Origin: a virus
Lineage: Duplodnaviria > Caudoviricetes
Strand: one strand, 5' to 3'
Virus record (IMG/VR): IMGVR_UViG_3300039149_000010
Span: 1-51,522 of that record
Length of the DNA stretch: 51,522 nucleotides
Shown here piece by piece: positions 8,020 through 16,391 of the stretch (position 1 is its first letter; each line of letters begins with the position of its first letter). Below the pieces are notes generated by a model. The model was not told the DNA's origin, made no database searches, and saw only the letters and a list, made by a program, of their open reading frames with translations. The translations under genes and the position numbers were made by a program.

Positions 8020-8285
8020 GATTGCTCCTTAAATTCTTTCTGCACTTCTTGGATGATTTCATAAACCATTTTTGGCGGGATGATTCGCGCCAGTTCCAGC
8101 CCCTTATTCGCCGCATTCAGGGCAGCTTGATTATAGGTGGCTACATCCGCCTCTGTCCATTCGAGATGCCGGTCTAGCAAAAACACTGTGGCTTCGTTGA
8201 CGGCTCTCAGCGCATCCTTATAGGATTGGATGTGCAAGCGCTGTTCCTCTTGTTTTCGCATCATTTGACGGGCGTTATATTTCAT
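8016..8285 (-). CDS. Hypothetical protein
   Basis: AGGAG RBS; ATGA coupling to the next gene. Confidence 0.7.
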   Translation of the reverse strand: MKYNARQMMRKQEEQRLHIQSYKDALRAVNEATVFLLDRHLEWTEADVATYNQAALNAANKGLELARIIPPKMVYEIIQEVQKEFKEQS

Positions 8286-8342
8286 GTTATGCTTCTCCTA
8301 TCGTATACGGCATGATGGCTATGCCCTACGTCATTTTATCTG

Positions 8343-8367
8343 AAGCCCGGTTTTCCCGGGCTTTTTT
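8343..8367 (+). terminator. Intrinsic terminator-like hairpin
   Basis: AAGCCCGG-TTTTC-CCGGGCTT followed by a T tract. Confidence 0.6.
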
Positions 8368-8376
8368 GTTGCCTAC

Positions 8377-8421
8377 TTGACACCTAAATGCATTATACAC
8401 TATAATGATTTACATAGTCAA
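8377..8421. promoter_or_regulatory. Overlapping divergent sigma70 promoters
   Basis: Plus strand TTGACA(8377)-N18-TATAAT(8401); minus strand TTGACT(8421)-N18-TATAAT(8397); central palindrome CATTATA-CAC-TATAATG. Confidence 0.85.
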
Positions 8422-8448
8422 GTTAATGTTCAAATAACGGAGTATACA

Positions 8449-8685
8449 ATGGATGATAAGCAATTATTGAAGCATTTGAAAAATAAGCGTGCTGTATTGG
8501 GAATGTCTGCAACGGAACTGGCGCGGCGCTCAAATGTTTCACCCCTCACTATTCGCAACTATGAAATTGGGTCAAGCGACCCCCTGCTGAGTAACGTGAT
8601 TAACATAGCCGAACAATTGGGGTATGAAATTATGTTGCGCTGGAAGGGCTTGCCGCAGGAACGGGAGCGCGATAATGGAATTTGA
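8449..8685 (+). CDS. XRE/Cro-like HTH regulator
   Basis: LKNKRAVLGMSATELARRSNVSPLTIRNYEIGSSDPLL; GGAG RBS before the ATG at 8449. Confidence 0.9.
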   Translation: MDDKQLLKHLKNKRAVLGMSATELARRSNVSPLTIRNYEIGSSDPLLSNVINIAEQLGYEIMLRWKGLPQERERDNGI

Positions 8686-9481
8686 CGAGTTCCGCAAGCT
8701 GTATATCAAGCAGCATCGGTCAAGCGTTCCTAACCGGGGGACGCAGGGCTGGATACGCACAGCAGCTATAATGCTCTTCGTATCCAGCGCGATGGTTTCG
8801 GGGGCGCATACCATCCCGACTATCGCGGAAACCCTGCCGTTCCAGAATAATATTATAGGGGTCAAAATCGTTATTTCCATAGTGAGTCTTTTCATGGTGG
8901 AAATTGCCCTATTTGCCATCGCGTTTGTCCGTAGGATGAACTTGTTGGAAGGCCGCTTGTGGCTGGGCTTTATGCAGTTTGTCGCGCTAGTGGTCGCTAT
9001 TGCTGGCAATCTATACTCAACGTTTGAGGCGTTGGGTGTGGACATTGCCAACCCGAATATGTTTACGCTGGTGGTCGGTATTGCCGTTGGTCTGGGCGCT
9101 CCACTATTGACCATGCTATCTGGGGATATTCTGGCAGCAGTGGAAATGTCACACCATACCGCCTGGAAAGAGTTCGATACGAAGGTTTTGGCAGCGTTTA
9201 AGAAAGAGGAAAAGCGACGTGGAAATTCCATTCCTTCCATTCCACGCATGGAAAATGGAAATGGAAACACTGGAAATCGCGCTCCATTCCGTTCCACTGG
9301 AAAACGGGATATTGTACGCCAACACTTTGCGGAAAACCCGGAATATCTTGAAATGTCGCCTATTGACTTAGAGGATGTTATCGGGGCTAAAAAGTCTTTG
9401 ATATATGATGTCCGGCGAGAAATACTAGCAAACACCAATGGCAACGGGCATAGCCCGAATGGGCATGGAGGAAACGAATGA
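8675..9481 (+). CDS. Multi-pass membrane protein with a C-terminal HTH-like segment
   Basis: About four hydrophobic helices, then a low-complexity linker and an HTH-like end (SPIDLEDVIGAKKSLIYDVRRE). Confidence 0.7.
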   Translation: MEFDEFRKLYIKQHRSSVPNRGTQGWIRTAAIMLFVSSAMVSGAHTIPTIAETLPFQNNIIGVKIVISIVSLFMVEIALFAIAFVRRMNLLEGRLWLGFMQFVALVVAIAGNLYSTFEALGVDIANPNMFTLVVGIAVGLGAPLLTMLSGDILAAVEMSHHTAWKEFDTKVLAAFKKEEKRRGNSIPSIPRMENGNGNTGNRAPFRSTGKRDIVRQHFAENPEYLEMSPIDLEDVIGAKKSLIYDVRREILANTNGNGHSPNGHGGNE

Positions 9482-9699
9482 CTGATCTAATGCTCCGCTA
9501 CATGCGACTGTTTAGGGATATGGAAATCCAGTACACCTGGATGCAATCAGGGGACGTTATAAGAGAATCCCAATGCCGCAAGTATGAACGCCAGCTGGTA
9601 ACATCTGGGATGACCAAACATGGGATTATCACACTGCGGAAAATCGCAGCCTGGGATGTCTGGGAGGCGATTAAGCGGGGAGAGTATAATTATGAGTAA
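9478..9699 (+). CDS. Hypothetical protein
   Basis: GGAGG RBS; ATGA overlap. Confidence 0.65.
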   Translation: MTDLMLRYMRLFRDMEIQYTWMQSGDVIRESQCRKYERQLVTSGMTKHGIITLRKIAAWDVWEAIKRGEYNYE

Positions 9700-10003
9700 A
9701 CGCAAGCCCGTAACCAAAATGAGCAATACAGAATTACAGGACGAAATAGCAAAATGGTTGGGAAGTGAATGGGCGCAATGGACTGATAGACCTCGTTGGT
9801 TCGATGATATGAACGCCGCTATAGACTTGCTTAAGGAAGTATGTAAAGACGGGTACAATTTGACATGGCGTGGCACTTGGGAGGTGCTTATTCACTTTGA
9901 TGCCCCCAGTTATACTGGGATTTTAGCATCTCATGAAAATCCTGCCCGTGCCATTTGCGAGGCGTATTGCAATAAGAAACGTATGGAGGAAACGAATGAG
10001 TGA
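9692..10003 (+). CDS. Phage ABA-sandwich-like protein
   Basis: ELQDEIAK...DDMNAAIDLL...ENPARAICEAY pattern. Confidence 0.6.
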   Translation: MSKRKPVTKMSNTELQDEIAKWLGSEWAQWTDRPRWFDDMNAAIDLLKEVCKDGYNLTWRGTWEVLIHFDAPSYTGILASHENPARAICEAYCNKKRMEETNE

Positions 10004-10268
10004 CCACTACCATTACAAAACTCCGCAGTATTGTTTTCACTGCGGTAAAGAATTAGAACGGGACTGGATAGACAAGGGCAAACCTTATTACCATTGTCCA
10101 ACGTGCGATTTGTACTGGACGCAAAAAGATTTGCGCCTGGAAAAGAAGCAACGAAAAACGATTGAAGATTTTAACACCACAGGCAAAGTAAAACAGCAGG
10201 AACCAGAAGAACATGACTATACCGGAACGCTGTTTGATGTTACGGCCCAGAACAAAGGGGGCGCATGA
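9996..10268 (+). CDS. Zn-ribbon protein
   Basis: CFHC...CPTC; GGAGG RBS. Confidence 0.65.
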   Translation: MSDHYHYKTPQYCFHCGKELERDWIDKGKPYYHCPTCDLYWTQKDLRLEKKQRKTIEDFNTTGKVKQQEPEEHDYTGTLFDVTAQNKGGA

Positions 10269-10582
10269 TGAAACGTAAACCGTTAACCTATCAGAGAGCA
10301 TGTGCTAAATTAGTGTTTCTACGCTCTGAACATTGTTGGATGATACGGGCTAATAAAGCCCTACGAAAAGCTGCCAGATTATCAGATGACAAAGCAGTAC
10401 AGGGTCTAATGCTCATAGACGAGTTGGGTATTGACCGTATGATAACATTGGATTTACTGGGCTTTAATGCAAATGGCACACGAGGCTATACGTCGGATAT
10501 GTTGCACCATAGTCGGGAACGTATTCGGAAGTACCAGGAATTGATTGACGATTGGGCAAAAGAACAATGCACCCCACATTGA
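10265..10582 (+). CDS. Hypothetical protein
   Basis: Coupled ORF in the operon. Confidence 0.6.
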   Translation: MMKRKPLTYQRACAKLVFLRSEHCWMIRANKALRKAARLSDDKAVQGLMLIDELGIDRMITLDLLGFNANGTRGYTSDMLHHSRERIRKYQELIDDWAKEQCTPH

Positions 10583-11037
10583 CCAGCACAACCCAAATAC
10601 GGCATCTTGTGCAGGCAGCGCGATTTCAGACTACTGCACAAACACCGCACAGCGTCCATTCTAAGCCGTTTTCTGGCGCTTTGGGTATATTCCGACATGC
10701 AACCCTGAAACAAGCGCTTAAATCGCGTCGCCAACCCATGACGCGGCGGGAACTATCCGAGGCGTGCGGAATGAGCAAAAGCGCGGTTGCCAGCCAAATC
10801 GAAGCGTTGGTGCAGACGGGTATGGCACATCGCACCATTGCCAACGATGGCAGAGGCACGTACCTGTACCAGTTGACCGCCAGCAAGCCGAAAGTGCTGC
10901 GCCGGGCGGATGGTCAACTGGCGCGGTGGTGTAGTTGTACTGCATACGTCCGGTTTAAGCACTATAAAGGAACATGGATTTTCAATTGCCGGAAGTGCGG
11001 GTTGCGTTATTTTGACGACGACCCGATAGGAGGATGA
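10567..11037 (+). CDS. Winged-HTH protein with C-terminal Cys cluster (start uncertain)
   Basis: PMTRRELSEACGMSKSAVASQIEALVQTG HTH; CSC...CRKC. Confidence 0.7.
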   Translation: MHPTLTSTTQIRHLVQAARFQTTAQTPHSVHSKPFSGALGIFRHATLKQALKSRRQPMTRRELSEACGMSKSAVASQIEALVQTGMAHRTIANDGRGTYLYQLTASKPKVLRRADGQLARWCSCTAYVRFKHYKGTWIFNCRKCGLRYFDDDPIGG

Positions 11038-11038
11038 A

Positions 11039-11236
11039 ATGACCACCGACCATACCGGGCGAATGTTGGAATTTATCGGGCTAGGCTGCTTTGTCAGCCC
11101 GAGGCGGTTTGCTGATAGTACGCCCAGTCGAGACATACTGGTGCGAAGCGTGCAATCGCTACGGGTTTTGTGGCAGGCAGACGAGGTGGAATTGCGGTTG
11201 CGGGAACTGGTGGATTATATGGCAAGTGAGGGATAG
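11039..11236 (+). CDS. Hypothetical protein
   Basis: GGAGG RBS. Confidence 0.6.
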   Translation: MTTDHTGRMLEFIGLGCFVSPRRFADSTPSRDILVRSVQSLRVLWQADEVELRLRELVDYMASEG

Positions 11237-11273
11237 GTTGGAGCATCCCCCTAAATATTAGGGAGTGAATTGT

Positions 11274-11302
11274 TTGACAAGGTTCTCAATAGGATATATA
11301 AT
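11274..11302 (+). promoter_or_regulatory. Consensus sigma70 promoter
   Basis: TTGACA-N17-TATAAT. Confidence 0.88.
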
Positions 11303-11370
11303 GAGTGTATAGTCAAGTTAAACAAAACCCGGTGCTACGAACACCGGGCCAGAAAGAGAAACGTAAAACT

Positions 11371-11616
11371 ATGTACCTCAATACTAACACCAAAACGAAG
11401 GAAGCGCAAGCACTACTCGACCGGGTACGCCATTTGGCACTCGATATCAAGGGCAACGCTACTATCGCCTGGGCGTGGACGGTAACATCCGACCTGATAA
11501 AAGTTGAAGCGCATGTTACCGATTTTCAAGTGATTTACGTGCTGAGTGACATTGGCAGCGCGTACACCACCACCAGCTACCGGGAAGCCATAGCCGCCTT
11601 GAGCGCGGCACTATAA
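11371..11616 (+). CDS. Hypothetical early protein
   Basis: First ORF after the consensus promoter. Confidence 0.6.
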   Translation: MYLNTNTKTKEAQALLDRVRHLALDIKGNATIAWAWTVTSDLIKVEAHVTDFQVIYVLSDIGSAYTTTSYREAIAALSAAL

Positions 11617-11629
11617 GAGGAGAAACGGA

Positions 11630-11959
11630 ATGAGTGAATATACCAACAGTTTCCAGCAATACCAGCAAATCATTGACCGGATAGAGGCAGCGGTAAGCGA
11701 TGAATCCGACCGCCGCTGGCATGAACTTCAGCAAGATATTTTTGATCGGAGGCTTCTCAAATTGCAACGGCACTATTACAACGAAAACCCCTGTGAGGAA
11801 CGACGGGGATTCATTTTCTGGTATGGCGATGGTACAACCTATGCAGATTATCGGCGGGGCGAGTCCCTTGATCGCATGTGTGAATATGGTTGGTTTGTCA
11901 AAGTTCAACGTCCGGGGTATGAATATTATCGCATTACCGACGCAGGCTTGAAGGCTTAA
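11630..11959 (+). CDS. Hypothetical protein (wHTH-like C-terminus)
   Basis: AGGAG RBS; YYRITDAG ending. Confidence 0.65.
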   Translation: MSEYTNSFQQYQQIIDRIEAAVSDESDRRWHELQQDIFDRRLLKLQRHYYNENPCEERRGFIFWYGDGTTYADYRRGESLDRMCEYGWFVKVQRPGYEYYRITDAGLKA

Positions 11960-12023
11960 TGCACAGCGTAGGGCGCTCATTCGGTGAGTGTCCTGCATTG
12001 TCCATTATGAAAGGAAAGACGAT

Positions 12024-12200
12024 ATGTTAATCACAATTGAGATTTCTAAACCGTTTCAAATAACCCCCTGGAAATTTGTCTCAGTGGTTAAAAACCAGCG
12101 AGCCTATCGTGTAGGTTGGTTGTACTTTGCTGTTGGGGTTTATAGATGTCGTGAGGATGAACTATTAGATGGAACAGTTGAATTTAATCTGAGTAAATGA
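12024..12200 (+). CDS. Hypothetical protein
   Basis: AAGGA RBS before MLITIEI. Confidence 0.55.
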   Translation: MLITIEISKPFQITPWKFVSVVKNQRAYRVGWLYFAVGVYRCREDELLDGTVEFNLSK

Positions 12201-12211
12201 TAGGAGGTGTT

Positions 12212-12535
12212 ATGGCATACATCAGCACTCAAGAAGCGGCGGATCGCGTCAAAGTCCACTCGAACACAATCAAAAAGTGGTGTAAGCAGGGCAGAGTAAA
12301 GGCCAAGAAAGGAAAACGGGAAAGGGGCGCGGGGTACAAATGGCTGGTGAACGAACAATCGCTAGACCAGATAACCCCCAAGCGCGAAGTATCCTGCACT
12401 TGGAACGGGGAAACCTACAAGTCCTTGACAGACGCGGCGGCGGCATTAGGCATCACCCGCGAGGCGATGCGCCAGCGTGTTGAAAAGGGGCAAACGCAGG
12501 ATAGTGATTTAGGGAAGGGGAATAAGCATGAATAA
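12212..12535 (+). CDS. Excisionase/MerR-like HTH protein with a second HTH (NUMOD1-like)
   Basis: YISTQEAADRVKVHSNTIKKWCKQG; TYKSLTDAAAALGITREAM; GGAGGT RBS. Confidence 0.8.
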   Translation: MAYISTQEAADRVKVHSNTIKKWCKQGRVKAKKGKRERGAGYKWLVNEQSLDQITPKREVSCTWNGETYKSLTDAAAALGITREAMRQRVEKGQTQDSDLGKGNKHE

Positions 12536-12749
12536 ACCCAAGTTTCAGGTTGGTGATACGGGCTACGTTTCCGACACGCCCTTCCAAATTACGGGTGTGG
12601 GATTATGCTCCGATGGTCAGTGGGGCTATTCAATTGAGGGGTGGCATAGCGCATTGTTTCCGGGCAACGTCTGCCTGACTGAAGATGAACAGGCGGCGCT
12701 TGTTGAGCGTGTGGAGAAGTTGATGAAAGGACGTGGAAAACATGATTAA
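12528..12749 (+). CDS. Hypothetical protein
   Basis: Coupled ORF; KFQVGD start suggests an SH3-like fold. Confidence 0.6.
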   Translation: MNKPKFQVGDTGYVSDTPFQITGVGLCSDGQWGYSIEGWHSALFPGNVCLTEDEQAALVERVEKLMKGRGKHD

Positions 12750-12951
12750 GGTAGACGATAAGGTTAACCTGTTGCAATCGTACCTGGACTGGTTTGAGAG
12801 AAGCCAGTCTCGGAAGTCGGTTAACTATGTGGCGCAAGCGGGGTTAGACCGCTGGAACGTCGAGGCGGTCGATAGCGGTCACTATCGGCTGAGTAAAGGC
12901 GGGATTGTGTTGTATAACATCCCGGCAAAATTTATCGAAGTGAGAGAGTAA
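12742..12951 (+). CDS. Hypothetical protein
   Basis: Its 3' end recurs at 13692-13765 with synonymous changes, which supports coding. Confidence 0.7.
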   Translation: MIKVDDKVNLLQSYLDWFERSQSRKSVNYVAQAGLDRWNVEAVDSGHYRLSKGGIVLYNIPAKFIEVRE

Positions 12952-12963
12952 GGAAGCATGATG
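12877..12963. repeat. Direct repeat A (copy 2 at 13692-13782)
   Basis: Long identical core GGCGGGATTGTGTTG...GAGAGAGTA, plus RBS and ATGATG. Confidence 0.9.
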
Positions 12964-13629
12964 AGTACATATCCAGAGTGGCAACGGTTAGCAAGGGAAG
13001 CTCAAGAACAAAGAAATCAGGCAAAAGAGGAACAAGCAAGACAGGCGCGACAAGCACAAATTGAACTTGAAAAGCGGCAAGGGGAACTACTATATTCTGC
13101 GCTTAGTTTTCTTGTTCCGTCTGAGAAGTTGACCGTCCCCTCAGAAAATAGATGTCAACTCGGTAATTACATTTTCGAGTTAGCTGAAGTCCATAAAGGG
13201 GATTATTTTGAAACCGATAGAGTCTGCTATACGGTTAGAGATAACCAAACAGGAGAGCCAGTGGTGGCATTCAGGCTATATATCCGATATGCGGAAAAAG
13301 ACATTCCCTGGCAAGGTCTAGATATTGATGAGCGTTTTTTCGATGAATGGGATATTTGGAATTACTCATTATCCCAAGAATTGGGTATCCAGCCCGGTAA
13401 ACCATTCGAGATAAACGAATCCAATATTCATGAGTGGAGTAATACTCTTGCCGAGTTCGGAGATTTATTAGACACTGCGAAAGTGAATTACGAACTGGCG
13501 GTTCATGCCTGGAAAAAACACGTGGAACGCCAAGAGGTTAAGGACGCGCATGAAGACTCAGAAGATTCGGAATTATCGGCTCGTGAAATGCTGTTAAATG
13601 CCCTAGATAATTATTTTATGGGGTGTTAG
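12958..13629 (+). CDS. Hypothetical acidic protein, 223 aa
   Basis: AAGGA RBS; bounded by repeats A and B. Confidence 0.8.
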   Translation: MMSTYPEWQRLAREAQEQRNQAKEEQARQARQAQIELEKRQGELLYSALSFLVPSEKLTVPSENRCQLGNYIFELAEVHKGDYFETDRVCYTVRDNQTGEPVVAFRLYIRYAEKDIPWQGLDIDERFFDEWDIWNYSLSQELGIQPGKPFEINESNIHEWSNTLAEFGDLLDTAKVNYELAVHAWKKHVERQEVKDAHEDSEDSELSAREMLLNALDNYFMGC

Positions 13630-13637
13630 ACATAGGC

Positions 13638-13698
13638 AAGCAGCAAACGCATTGCATCACGCGCAGACCCTCGCTGAGTATGGGCAGCGAGGGTCACT
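13638..13698. repeat. Direct repeat B with hairpin (copy 2 at 14369-14429)
   Basis: 61 bp with one mismatch; contains the stem GACCCTCGCTG/CAGCGAGGGTC. Confidence 0.9.
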
Positions 13699-13776
13699 AT
13701 AGACTAAGCAAGGGCGGGATTGTGTTGTATAACATCCCGGCAAAATTTATCGAAGTGAGAGAGTAGGAAAGGAAGC

Positions 13777-14370
13777 ATGATGTCTGAAAAAACAAGAATG
13801 ATTGATGAGTTGAAAGAAGTTCGCCAGCAAGCACAACAAGCGTCAAAACTGTGGAAACTTAGTGCGCCAGAAGTTTCACTCGTCATGACTCATGGGGCGG
13901 ACTTACGCAGGGCGAACTTGCGCTGGGCGGACTTGCGCTGGGCGGACTTGCGCGGGGCGGACTTGCGCTGGGCGGACTTGCGCTGGGCGGACTTATGCGG
14001 GGCGGACTTGCGCTGGGCGGACTTGCGCGGGGCGGACTTGCGCGGGGCGAACTTGGAAGGGGCGAACTTGGAAGGGGCGAACTTGTACAGGGCGAACTTG
14101 GAAGGGGTAAGATGGGATAGTCATTTCCATGTGAGGACAATATCGCCTATCGGAAGCGCTAGCTCAACGCTATTGGTCATGTGGGATAAAGGCGCGGTAA
14201 CTATTCGTAGAGGCTGTTTTTCTGGCGACCTGGACGCATTTAAAGCAGTCGTTGCAAAAAAACCAGATGGCGACAGCGACCGCTTAGAATACGAGGCGGT
14301 CATCGTCTATTTGGAATCGGTTTTCGCACAATGGCAATCCGAGATGGATGCATTAAAAGTACAATACTAA
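13777..14370 (+). CDS. Pentapeptide-repeat protein
   Basis: 14 A(D/N)Lxx repeats (15-bp units at 13897-14106) and a C-terminal RRGCFSG domain. Confidence 0.92.
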   Translation: MMSEKTRMIDELKEVRQQAQQASKLWKLSAPEVSLVMTHGADLRRANLRWADLRWADLRGADLRWADLRWADLCGADLRWADLRGADLRGANLEGANLEGANLYRANLEGVRWDSHFHVRTISPIGSASSTLLVMWDKGAVTIRRGCFSGDLDAFKAVVAKKPDGDSDRLEYEAVIVYLESVFAQWQSEMDALKVQY

Positions 14371-14442
14371 GCAGCAAACGCATTGCATCACGCGCAGACC
14401 CTCGCTGAGTATGGGCAGCGGGGGTCACTTCGTTTGACACTA

Positions 14443-14466
14443 CCCCATTAATTAGGGGCTTTTTTA
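14443..14466 (+). terminator. Possible terminator at the convergence of the two transcription arms
   Basis: CCCC...GGGG stem followed by a T tract; weak stem. Confidence 0.4.
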
Positions 14467-14802
14467 TTGGCAACCCTCCGGCAAGTCGACCCGCTTAATT
14501 ATCCCTTCCAGGCGTTCCCCGTCTTTCATCGCTGTCACCCGCCGATAGTCCTCTTTCGGTTGTGCTTCGTACAAAAAGATTACTTCTGTACCGGCGACCA
14601 GCCGTTCTTGGTGGAAGTGAACCGCGCCTGTTGATGGTTCGACAATCGTAATCAGCGCATCCTGTTGGAGAATAGCAAAGCTCGTCCAGATACAAATGAC
14701 TTCCCGCGTGGGTGTGGGGTCGGGTGTGGGGGTAACGGTCGGGTCAATAACCCCCACATAGCAACCGGATAGGAGTAAGACCAGGAAAACGATGTACTTC
14801 AT
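14464..14802 (-). CDS. Lipoprotein at the end of the lysis module
   Basis: MKYIVFLVLLLSGC signal with lipobox; PT-rich linker; ATGA overlap with the upstream gene. Confidence 0.75.
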   Translation of the reverse strand: MKYIVFLVLLLSGCYVGVIDPTVTPTPDPTPTREVICIWTSFAILQQDALITIVEPSTGAVHFHQERLVAGTEVIFLYEAQPKEDYRRVTAMKDGERLEGIIKRVDLPEGCQ

Positions 14803-16391
14803 TTGCTGCGTTGATATCCAAACACTGGAATATTGCGCTTGGCGGTGAATGAATGAACGGCTTTTTGCCCGACAACCATCGTCAGCAATCCGATTACAAC
14901 CGGGATGGCAGTAGTGAGCCAATCGGCAAACGTCGCCAGTTGCAATTCATAGCCAAAGTACCGGGAAGCAATGGTTGCCAGCGTAACCCCACCAGCAACG
15001 AACAGCGAAACGTTGTCGCCTTTGAACCATTCGTTTTCTTCCAGCCCAGCTTTTTGCAGCAGGAACTTGACCAGATTCACCAGCGGCGTTGTAACCGGCG
15101 CTGCCAGACCACCGGCTAAAGCGGCGGTAAGTGCAGCCATAAAAATATCGACCATTTCAGGGAATGTGATAATGCCTTCCATTGTAGCTCCTTGTGCCGT
15201 CAAACGCGGCATAATTAACGAGTAGAGGATTGCAACCAATACCGCAAATACAAATAAACCAACCCCCCACTTAATGAGACTCGGTAGGGTGTTTTCATCG
15301 TCGGGCGGGTCATCGTCAGGGTCATCGTCGGGCGGCGGTTCAATCATAAGCAGGTGATGCAATTCAACCAGATCACCAAAATTATAACCCAAGTTTTCCC
15401 AATTTTGTTCTTTGTGGGGCAAATGCCCGTCAAACGCCCAACAGAACAAATTGAATCCGATATAGTCCGCTGGGTAATTCCGGTCTGCCCATTCCAATTG
15501 ATAGTAGACCGCCTCGGAATATGACCAGTAAGGCCAGTAGGCGCGCCATACATTTTCCAGGGTACGTGGGCCGCGTATCTCAAAATGCCCGGTTGCCCCG
15601 TAAGCCGCTTGCAATTGCTCATAGATATTTGGCATGGGCTTAGTTAGGTCAGGCATTCTATCCCACCCGAATTCGGTTAGCACAACTTTATGCCGTTTTG
15701 CCCCGATGTCAATAGCACGCTGCTGAAACCATTCTGTTCGCATCAAATGCCAGTAGTGATTAGGCTCAGCAGGGACATCTATTTGTGCGATAATCTCAGG
15801 CCACCATTCCGGTTGCATTTTTGCTGTTGAGCGCAGGTCATCAATTGCCCAATAACCTACACCAAACGGAAGGACAATACCGGTGTATTCGTGCCAACCG
15901 CCGTAGTGAATGCCTCGCTCCGACCAGTCGGCTAGCTTGCGCAGGTAGTCGTCAAAAACCCCGCTGGCGATGGTTTCCGGTTGGACGGTGGCTGGGCCAA
16001 TATTGCCCAGAACGGCGTGATATCCCGCCTCTTCTAGCAGCAATCCTACCCGGACTAACCAGTTGCACAATTTCGGACAATCCTTCGGTGCTGTACCCGG
16101 TTCATTTAGTACCTGTAACCAGATATGCTTGGGGATAGTTCCATCGTGCGTAATTTCCTTGACGTAGCGTTCTGGTGTGTACCGGTCGTATACATCCGCT
16201 TCGCGTTCAAAATATTTCCGGTGGATAACGATGGTTTCGCCCTCGGTTGCTGTGGAGGCATCCAACGCCAATTGCACATTATCCATGATGACAGTCGTCG
16301 TCGGGCGGTGGTTCTGCATAAAATCCAGGTAAGCTAATCGTTGCTGATGATCTAGAAATTGACCGAGGACATCAAATGCCATTCGTTTCAT
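14799..16391 (-). CDS. Putative lysin: clan GH-A-like glycoside hydrolase fused to a holin-like membrane domain
   Basis: VLNEP (acid/base) and VLTEFG (nucleophile) motifs, WHEY, a P/D-rich linker, then several TM helices; position after the tail genes. Confidence 0.65.
   Translation of the reverse strand: MKRMAFDVLGQFLDHQQRLAYLDFMQNHRPTTTVIMDNVQLALDASTATEGETIVIHRKYFEREADVYDRYTPERYVKEITHDGTIPKHIWLQVLNEPGTAPKDCPKLCNWLVRVGLLLEEAGYHAVLGNIGPATVQPETIASGVFDDYLRKLADWSERGIHYGGWHEYTGIVLPFGVGYWAIDDLRSTAKMQPEWWPEIIAQIDVPAEPNHYWHLMRTEWFQQRAIDIGAKRHKVVLTEFGWDRMPDLTKPMPNIYEQLQAAYGATGHFEIRGPRTLENVWRAYWPYWSYSEAVYYQLEWADRNYPADYIGFNLFCWAFDGHLPHKEQNWENLGYNFGDLVELHHLLMIEPPPDDDPDDDPPDDENTLPSLIKWGVGLFVFAVLVAILYSLIMPRLTAQGATMEGIITFPEMVDIFMAALTAALAGGLAAPVTTPLVNLVKFLLQKAGLEENEWFKGDNVSLFVAGGVTLATIASRYFGYELQLATFADWLTTAIPVVIGLLTMVVGQKAVHSFTAKRNIPVFGYQRSK

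Noticed and set aside
8572-9444. 290-aa antisense ORF
   Set aside because: Shadow of the membrane protein gene with no motif, RBS or promoter, unlike the antisense HNH in the intein.
12212-12535. Evidence of an integrating temperate lifestyle from the excisionase-like HTH
   Set aside because: No tyrosine or serine recombinase is recognisable anywhere in the circular genome.
13883-14140. Alternative-frame repeat ORFs (GRTCA, SPPSA) or a CRISPR-like array
   Set aside because: These are shadows of the 15-bp pentapeptide repeats; there are no unique spacers.
12877-14429. Diversity-generating retroelement TR/VR pair or integron cassettes
   Set aside because: No reverse transcriptase or integrase is visible, and the differences between repeat copies are synonymous rather than adenine-specific.
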